64,000 nucleotides of DNA, from the NCBI GenBank assembly GCA_015065295.1, contig SVQN01000002.1, positions 37,465-101,464 on the forward strand, in the 5' to 3' direction. This document shows positions 57,255 through 64,000 of this stretch, in pieces (position 1 is the stretch's first letter; every line of letters starts with the position of its first letter). A model generated the notes under the pieces. The model was not told the origin of the DNA and ran no database searches. It saw nothing but the letters and a program-made list of their open reading frames with translations. This DNA comes from Oscillospiraceae bacterium. Lineage in GTDB: Bacteria > Bacillota > Clostridia > Oscillospirales > CAG-272. A program made the position numbers and the translations under genes.

Positions 57255-60200
57255 TTAGGGGTTAACGATGGATTCCTTGATTTCGTCGTCGGTGTTGTCA
57301 ACTTCGTGGTTGTGAACATCGTCGATGTCAAGGATGTCTTCGCGAGAGAGGATAGCGTCTTCGTAGTAGAAGCCGAGAGTGTCGAATCTGGTGGTGTCGT
57401 CATTACCTTCGTATGCGATGCCAACTACGAGACCGGAGGTAGCGTCGATTACGTTAACGGTGGTAACCTTGTTCCAGAAGAGTTCGTCAGCTGCTTCATC
57501 GTTTTCGATGCAGGTGCGGATTTCGAAGCTTTCAACGAGAGCGTTGCCAGCATCGTCGTAATCTACATCAACAACAGCCTTTTCGTTGAACTTAACGTAG
57601 ATGCCGTTTACGAGGCTGCAGAGTACGCATTCGTCGTCGCAGTCAGCAGCTTCGCAGTCATACTGGCTGGTAACGATGGATTCCCAAACGATTTCGCTGA
57701 TGATGTCAGTCTTGGTGTCATCAGTGTAGTCTACGGAGTAGGTAACAACGTAGCCTTCTTCAGAGTGGTCGCCTTCGAGACCGAAGTTGTAACCTTCCTG
57801 AGCGAGCTTAACGTGGATGCCTTCAGTAGCATCGCCGGTGAAGTAGTACTTAACACCGAGGATGTTGTACTTGTCGAGGATACCGTTGATTCTAACTTCT
57901 TCGTATACAACCTTACCCATGATCTTAGCATCGGTGAGTTCTTCAACTACAAATGCTTCGGATTCAGTTTCGGTGATGGTGGTATAGATGTGGTCAGCGG
58001 GGATGAGGCTTACGTAGATAACGATGTCTTCACCGTCAATGTCGTATACCCAGTTTGCATCGAATGCATAGTCTGCGTAATCTTCAACGAGTTCAGCAAA
58101 TGCGGACTTGGAGAGAGACTTGATGGACTTGATGGTGTAGTCGCCGGACTTGGTTTCAGTATAGTCAACACCGAAGATCTTTACAGAGTCGAGAGTGTTG
58201 CGATACTTGGTGTGGCCAAGCTTAGCGTTGAGAGAGTAGTAGAAGGTGTTGCGGAGGTCGAAAGTAGCACGGAGGCTGGTAGCGCCTGCGATGAATTCCT
58301 TCTGAGTCTTGCCGTCCTTAACGTCTTCGAACAGGTTCTTATAGTTGGAAGGAGTAAGAGAGAAGGTACCGAAGAGGTATTCAGCAGTGTCAGCATCGGT
58401 ATCAGCGTATGCATTGAATGCAGCGTCGATGATGCCGTTCATGGTGAGAACGCCGAGGTCTTCAACGAGGACATCGTCCTGAGTGAAGTATACGTGACCA
58501 ACTTCGAGGTCAACGTTGGTGCCCTTGAGGATAACGTTTTCTTCATTACCGGTGTAGAGGTTGAATACTTCTACTTCGAATTCAGAAGCACCGAGGAGGT
58601 ACCAGTCTTCAGCATCTGCGCCGTCATAGTCAGCGGAGATGTACTTGTCGCTCAGAAGAACAACGAGACCGGACTTGTAGGTGTCGATGAAGCCCTTTTC
58701 GATGGTAGCGTTGATGATAACGTAGGTTCTCTTGTTAGCATCGGTGGTGTTGATAACATTACCGGTTACTTCCCAGTCTTCGCCGAGCTTACCTTCGTAT
58801 ACCTTAACAGCTGCGTAAGGTCTGCCGTCAACGGGCTTTTCGATGATGATGTACTTGTCAGTATCCTTCATCTTAACGGAAACCGGCTTGGTTGCCTTGG
58901 AGTCGATGTATTCGAAGTAACCTTCGTTGGTGTTCTTGATGGTAACGGTTCTGTCAAGGTTGTTAACCCATTCGGTATCAACAACATATTCATCGCCGTC
59001 GAATTCGCCTGCGAGGTATACATAGTATACATCTTCGCCTGCATCATAAGAAGTGATAGCGTAGATAGCACCCTTGGAGAAGGATTCAGCAGCCTTTTCT
59101 TCGGTGAGGTAGTAGTAGTAGTCACCCTGCATCCAGCCGTTGTAGGAACCGATTCTGAAGCGGTCGTAGGTGAGGTCGGAAGAGGACCAACCGTTAACTA
59201 CGATGTAACCGTCAGAAGAGAGACCAGCGTAGGAGTCTACGATGATAACTTCGGAACCAGTCTTGCCAGTAGCTTCGATGTGAACGAGTTCGCCGTCAAC
59301 GATAACGTAGGTAACGAACTGGTTGAAGAGGTCGCGGAGGAGGCCAGTGTACTGAGCTCTGGTGTTCCAGTTGGTAGTAGCATACTTGAAGCCGGAACCT
59401 TCGAGTTCATCGTAATCCTTGATGGAGTACTGAGTATCACCGATGGTGATGGTACCCTTCTTGAGGTTGTATGCGCGAACAACGCCAGTGTTAACATAAG
59501 AGTCAACGTCGGTGCCGTCGTTTACGTTCTTAACGATCTTGATAGCGCCGGTTTCAGCGTCGTAACCGTATACAACGTAGCCAGCCTTGTAGTTGCCGTC
59601 TTCGTCAACTTCGGGTTCGAAGCCTTCAACGAACCATGCTCTGTCGTTTCTGTCGTCACAAACAACGCCTTCAACAACGTTTTCGAAGTTTACCTTAACA
59701 ACGTTGCCGTCGTCGTCGAGCTTAGCATCGTCCTTGATGTCAGCTGCGAGATATGCCTTAGCGAGAGTACCAACGTCAGAGATCTTGTAGGTGTCAAGAG
59801 TCTTGCCGCAGGAACCGCACCATTCGCCTTCAGATGCAGTGAAGTAACCGAGTCTGTAAGATTCGTAGATACCGCGGTCTGCAGTGCCGTCGAGGTTGGT
59901 GTCAAAGAGTTCGAGAGATGCGTATGCGGAGGTAGCAATGCTGGTGATAGCCTGGTTGAAGCCGTTGTAAGACTTGGTCTTAACGATTTCGTTCTTCTTG
60001 AAGGTCTTTTCGAATTCAGCATCGGACATCCAGTTGAGGCCCCATACTTCGTCGTCTACAGTGTAGCCGATTTCGTAGTATCTGTCAAGAAGTTCGTTGT
60101 AGTACCATGCAACGTCATACTTGATGATGGTCTTGTCATCGTCAGCGTATACGATGTTGCCGTCCTTGTCACGAACAGGTTCGAGAATGTTACCGGTTTC

Positions 60201-61415
60201 CCAGTCGATTGCGATGTAGTTACCGTCAACGTACTTTTCAGTCATGTTGCCGTTAGCAGCAAATACCATAACTTCGGGCTTGGTGGACTTGGTAACGTTT
60301 ACGTATGCGTTGTCAGTATACTTGGAAACAAGGGTGTTGTCCTTGAGGTATTCCTGGATAGCGTATTCCTGATCTTCGCCTTCATCATCGGTCTTACCGA
60401 GGTTCCAGAGAGTTTCAGTGTGGAGGGATTCGTATGCAACAACTTCGCAGAGGTTGGAATCTTCGTCCTTTTCGAAGAGGATGTAGTAAGCATCGCCAAC
60501 TACAGCTTCGTCGTCATGAACATTTACTTCGTCTGCAAGGCCGATATCCTTACCGAGCATGTAGTAGGTGTCTTCGCCGAGAGAACCATCATCGTTCAGA
60601 AGCTTGAAAGCAACAAAACGGTCGTCGGTCTTAACGGTGTCCTTGAATGCACGGTATGCATTGTTGGATTCGAGCTTAGCGGAAGCGCCTTCATCGGATA
60701 CGAAGGAGTTCAGGTCGGAAGCGGTGATAACAACCTTTTCCCAACCGAATTCGATACCGAAGTTTTCGAGACCGAGAGTGGAACCAGCCTTGGTCTTAGC
60801 GAACATTGCGTTGTAGATGATCTGAGCGGTTTCGCCACGGGTGAGTTCATCGGTGTAAGCTACATCGGTGATACCATCGGTGAGGCCGAGTTCAACTGCC
60901 TTCTGGATGTAACCCCAGGGCCAATCGAGACCGGTGTAACCGAGAGTACGAACTACCATGGTAAGAGCGTTCTGATAGGTGATGCCGTCGTAGGGACCGA
61001 ACTTGCCGTTGCCATAACCTTCGATGATGCCCTTCTGGTTAGCATAGGAGAGAGCTCCCCAGTAATCAGCTACAGCACCTTCGGAAATGTCGGTGAATTC
61101 GGACCAGTTTTCGGGACCGTCTTCCCACTTGGAGTCGTCTACCCAACCAGTGGAAATACGACCAACGAACAGAGCCATCTGATAACGATTTACATCGAGG
61201 TCAGCGCCGAGATCGTCAGCGGAGATACCCTTGAAGATACCGTAGTTAGCGAGGAATGCGATAGCCTTGTCATACTGACCAGCTTCAGCAACTTCTTCAA
61301 CAACTGCGGTTTCTTCAACATCTACATCTGCGATTGCTTCGTCAGCAAGAACAGCGGATGCAGAGGATGCAGCCATCAGGAGGGCAAGAATGAGAGAAAG
61401 AACTTTATTCTTCAT
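57255..61415 (-). CDS. Probable major S-layer protein (N-terminal SLH domains)
   Basis: Signal peptide; SLH motifs (GIFKG..NRYQMA, GIIEGYGNGKFGP..ITYQ, LTRGETAQIIYN); acidic, with the strong codon bias of highly expressed genes. Confidence 0.85.
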   Translation of the reverse strand: MKNKVLSLILALLMAASSASAVLADEAIADVDVEETAVVEEVAEAGQYDKAIAFLANYGIFKGISADDLGADLDVNRYQMALFVGRISTGWVDDSKWEDGPENWSEFTDISEGAVADYWGALSYANQKGIIEGYGNGKFGPYDGITYQNALTMVVRTLGYTGLDWPWGYIQKAVELGLTDGITDVAYTDELTRGETAQIIYNAMFAKTKAGSTLGLENFGIEFGWEKVVITASDLNSFVSDEGASAKLESNNAYRAFKDTVKTDDRFVAFKLLNDDGSLGEDTYYMLGKDIGLADEVNVHDDEAVVGDAYYILFEKDEDSNLCEVVAYESLHTETLWNLGKTDDEGEDQEYAIQEYLKDNTLVSKYTDNAYVNVTKSTKPEVMVFAANGNMTEKYVDGNYIAIDWETGNILEPVRDKDGNIVYADDDKTIIKYDVAWYYNELLDRYYEIGYTVDDEVWGLNWMSDAEFEKTFKKNEIVKTKSYNGFNQAITSIATSAYASLELFDTNLDGTADRGIYESYRLGYFTASEGEWCGSCGKTLDTYKISDVGTLAKAYLAADIKDDAKLDDDGNVVKVNFENVVEGVVCDDRNDRAWFVEGFEPEVDEDGNYKAGYVVYGYDAETGAIKIVKNVNDGTDVDSYVNTGVVRAYNLKKGTITIGDTQYSIKDYDELEGSGFKYATTNWNTRAQYTGLLRDLFNQFVTYVIVDGELVHIEATGKTGSEVIIVDSYAGLSSDGYIVVNGWSSSDLTYDRFRIGSYNGWMQGDYYYYLTEEKAAESFSKGAIYAITSYDAGEDVYYVYLAGEFDGDEYVVDTEWVNNLDRTVTIKNTNEGYFEYIDSKATKPVSVKMKDTDKYIIIEKPVDGRPYAAVKVYEGKLGEDWEVTGNVINTTDANKRTYVIINATIEKGFIDTYKSGLVVLLSDKYISADYDGADAEDWYLLGASEFEVEVFNLYTGNEENVILKGTNVDLEVGHVYFTQDDVLVEDLGVLTMNGIIDAAFNAYADTDADTAEYLFGTFSLTPSNYKNLFEDVKDGKTQKEFIAGATSLRATFDLRNTFYYSLNAKLGHTKYRNTLDSVKIFGVDYTETKSGDYTIKSIKSLSKSAFAELVEDYADYAFDANWVYDIDGEDIVIYVSLIPADHIYTTITETESEAFVVEELTDAKIMGKVVYEEVRINGILDKYNILGVKYYFTGDATEGIHVKLAQEGYNFGLEGDHSEEGYVVTYSVDYTDDTKTDIISEIVWESIVTSQYDCEAADCDDECVLCSLVNGIYVKFNEKAVVDVDYDDAGNALVESFEIRTCIENDEAADELFWNKVTTVNVIDATSGLVVGIAYEGNDDTTRFDTLGFYYEDAILSREDILDIDDVHNHEVDNTDDEIKESIVNP

Positions 61416-61682
61416 CTTAAGCTCCTTATAAATAAGTAAATAATTAAAGTTAGGGATGACGGAACGCCGATTCGCTCCACCCTACGCCGATATTATACAT
61501 CACCGGAATTTTTATTTCAAGAGATTTCCTCTATGTGTAATATAAGTGAAATATTAAAGACTGTTTAATATTGGAGTATGTTGCAAATCCGGCATATCCG
61601 GCGGAATTTTGGGATTTTTCTTGCAATTCCGGCCGTTTTGTCGTATAATAAGAACAATTGTTACATTGAAACGGAGTCCTTC

Positions 61683-63584
61683 ATGAATCATCGTTTCCGA
61701 AAAATTGCTTCCTTTATTATAATAGCGGCCGCGTTTGCCGTCCTGATCCCCTTCCTGTCGCCCGTTCAGGCAGCCTCGGAAAAGATCGTCATTGTTCTTG
61801 ACGCCGGTCATGGCGGCATTGACGGCGGCACCGACCTCGGCATCCGTACGGAAAAAGAGTACAATCTGATCCTCACGCAGTATGTCGCCGAAGCTCTGCG
61901 GAACAACGGGAATTTTGACGTTATCCTGACACGCTCGGACGACACCTATCTGAAATTCCTCCCCCGTGCGCTGTTTGCCCTTGAAAACAACGCCGATGTT
62001 CTCATCAGTCTCCACTGCAACAGCAGCGAGATTCCCGATGCCAACGGTGCGCTCGCCATTATTTCAAAAATCGAACCGTTCAGCGCGCACACTCTCGCGG
62101 GGAACATCCTCGATTCGATCAGCAATGCCGTCGGTCTGACCCGCCGGAACGTCGAAACCCGCGCGGATACAGGGGACTCACTCGGTGTGTATTACTGGAA
62201 CTCTGATCTTCAGTGGGATATGCCGGCGGCCTCCCATCTCGGGCAGACGAGCGACTATTTCAGCATTAATACCTGGGCATCCAAGTTCGGTGTGCCGTCC
62301 ATCATCGTGGAACACGGCTATCTGTCCAACGCCTACGACCGCGAACTCCTCGACAAGGACGAAAATCTCCGCGCCATTGCCAATGCCGAAGCGCAGGCAA
62401 TCATTGACTATTACACCGGACACACGCACCAGTTCCCCGCGTCCCCGACGGTGGATCATCCGTCCAACTGTACCCTCACCGGTACGCAGTCGTACCGCTG
62501 TACGATCTGCGGCATGAGAACCGGCACGACTTCCCTCGATCCGGCATCCGGCACGCACTACTGGCGGGAAACCGCAAGCCAAGCCGCAACCTGTACGGAC
62601 GACGGGTATATTGAATATATCTGCCAGATTTCGGACAACCTCAACAGCAAGGGGTATGCCTGCGAAGTACATACCCAGACCGTGACCGTTGCCGCGAAGG
62701 GACACAATTATCAGGTGATCGAAGACACGCCCGCCTCCCACGGACGCGACGGACGGTATCTGCAAAAATGCGCGAACTGCGGCGATACCATGGAGGAAGT
62801 ACGTCCGGGGGAACCGCATTCGTATGAAATCACCGCCGACACCGAGCCGACCTGCACGGACGACGGCGGCATCACCTACACCTGCTCCGTCTGCACGGAT
62901 TCCTATACGGAAGAAAAGCCCGCCATCGGTCATGATTATCAGGAGACCGACCGGAAGGACATCTACGGCGACGAAAACGGTTATATTAAATACACCTGCG
63001 CGAACTGCGGCGGGGAAAAGGAAGAAATCCTCCACGCCTGCGAACACGTCTACGCCGACCGCACCGAGACTCCCGCTTCCTGCGAAACGGACGGCAGAAT
63101 CTGCGAGACCTGCACAATCTGCGGTTACGTCCATGAGGAAATTCTTCCCGCGCCGGGACATTCGCTGACCGTCATGATGGACGTTCTGCCGGACTGTGAC
63201 AGCGAAGGGTACTACCGCGCGGAATGCCGGGTGTGCGGGCACAAGATTCTCGAATCCCGTCCCGCACTCGGACATACCTATACGATAAAGGAAGAAACCG
63301 GCACGCACATTGTCAAAGCGTGCAGCCGCTGTGCGTCGGAAATCACCGAAGAAATCCCGCACCGGAGTCTGCTGACCCTGTTCAGCCATCCGGTCACCGC
63401 CGCGATCTTCGGGATCATCCTGATTCAGCTCATCGCCATTCCGGTCATTGTGCTTCACCACCGGCATCACCAGAAAAAGCTGCATCAGGCACGTCTGCGC
63501 CGAACCTCCTATCTGTACGAGGATGAAGCCGACGAACTTGACGAACTTACTGACGTTCCCGCAAACGAAACCATCGAAAAATAA
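61683..63584 (+). CDS. N-acetylmuramoyl-L-alanine amidase (Amidase_3) with Cys/His repeats and C-terminal TM
   Basis: VLDAGHGG, EK, LTR, ISLHCN, IVEHGY; repeated H..TC..G..CxxC units; start ATG 61683. Confidence 0.88.
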   Translation: MNHRFRKIASFIIIAAAFAVLIPFLSPVQAASEKIVIVLDAGHGGIDGGTDLGIRTEKEYNLILTQYVAEALRNNGNFDVILTRSDDTYLKFLPRALFALENNADVLISLHCNSSEIPDANGALAIISKIEPFSAHTLAGNILDSISNAVGLTRRNVETRADTGDSLGVYYWNSDLQWDMPAASHLGQTSDYFSINTWASKFGVPSIIVEHGYLSNAYDRELLDKDENLRAIANAEAQAIIDYYTGHTHQFPASPTVDHPSNCTLTGTQSYRCTICGMRTGTTSLDPASGTHYWRETASQAATCTDDGYIEYICQISDNLNSKGYACEVHTQTVTVAAKGHNYQVIEDTPASHGRDGRYLQKCANCGDTMEEVRPGEPHSYEITADTEPTCTDDGGITYTCSVCTDSYTEEKPAIGHDYQETDRKDIYGDENGYIKYTCANCGGEKEEILHACEHVYADRTETPASCETDGRICETCTICGYVHEEILPAPGHSLTVMMDVLPDCDSEGYYRAECRVCGHKILESRPALGHTYTIKEETGTHIVKACSRCASEITEEIPHRSLLTLFSHPVTAAIFGIILIQLIAIPVIVLHHRHHQKKLHQARLRRTSYLYEDEADELDELTDVPANETIEK

Positions 63585-63596
63585 CGAGGTACTCCC

Positions 63597-64000
63597 ATGT
63601 CATTTACATCCCTGCTTTCCACCATCGCCACGCTGGCTCTTCTGCTTGCCGCCGGCATCCTTTCGGGGAAGCTGAAGATCATCGACGAGGTCTCCACCGC
63701 GAAGCTGTCCACACTGATCGTAAAGCTCGGTCAGCCGTTCCTCATCATCAACGCTCTGATCGGTCTGGAGCCGACGCCGGAAAACATCAAAAGCGGTTTT
63801 CTGATTATGGGGCTTGCGCTGGTGATCCATGTGTTCATGGCGATTCTCGCGCACTTTTTTGCGAAGCCGATCAAGGGCTTTGACGAACGCAAGCTGACCG
63901 AATTCGGGATGCTGTTCACGAACTGCGGGTTCATCGGGTTCCCGATTCTGGAGTCCATTTTCGGGGAAACCGGTCTGTTCTACGGTGCGTTTTACGTTGT
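63597..64000 (+). CDS. AEC family transporter, runs off the window edge
   Basis: Manual translation MSFTSLLSTIATLALL..LSTLIVKLGQPFLII..FTNCGFIGFPILESIFG; GAGG SD. Confidence 0.85.
   Translation, partial: MSFTSLLSTIATLALLLAAGILSGKLKIIDEVSTAKLSTLIVKLGQPFLIINALIGLEPTPENIKSGFLIMGLALVIHVFMAILAHFFAKPIKGFDERKLTEFGMLFTNCGFIGFPILESIFGETGLFYGAFYV

Noticed and set aside
57243-61439. 1398-aa antisense ORF opposite the S-layer gene (also those opposite valS, infB, the GH106-like gene and others)
   Set aside because: Codon-aligned shadow frames. The sense genes avoid TTA/CTA/TCA codons, so the antisense frame lacks stops; the translations show no protein motifs

Overview
Chromosomal window of a GC-rich Clostridia-like (probably Oscillospirales/Ruminococcaceae-type) bacterium. 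It is mostly housekeeping and envelope genes: Val T-box/valS, an rRNA methyltransferase, murJ-like flippase and GT4, a TAXI-TRAP transporter, pyk, rimP-nusA-rnpM-L7Ae-infB, a cysteine desulfurase, luxS with GH31/GH106-like hydrolases and kdgK, pduL, a glycine riboswitch before an AGCS symporter, ktrAB, decarboxylase beta/gamma subunits, a GT4-CsaB fusion, YgiQ, CotH, two SLH/S-layer proteins, an amidase and an AEC transporter. Two things stand out. (1) An integrase-less phage packaging remnant with host-like composition lies between the TRAP operon and pyk (13063-15579). It has terS, a C-truncated terL joined out of frame to the 3' end of a tail-like gene, and an intact-looking late-type promoter with three 11-bp direct repeats, but no activator gene nearby. 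It looks like a collapsed gene-transfer-agent-like locus. (2) The intergenic DNA holds a dense, modular set of palindromic repeats: ten ~55-80 bp REP-like hairpins, three ~450-485 bp nested giant hairpins with co-varying stems, one further ~440 bp giant hairpin, a 20-nt GNA-triloop mini-hairpin nested inside three REPs, and inverted heptamer arrays. Several of these share a GACAARGT core motif, and no mobiliser is encoded in the window. No tRNA, rRNA, CRISPR array or transposase was seen. All product calls come from reading motifs by eye, without database searches.
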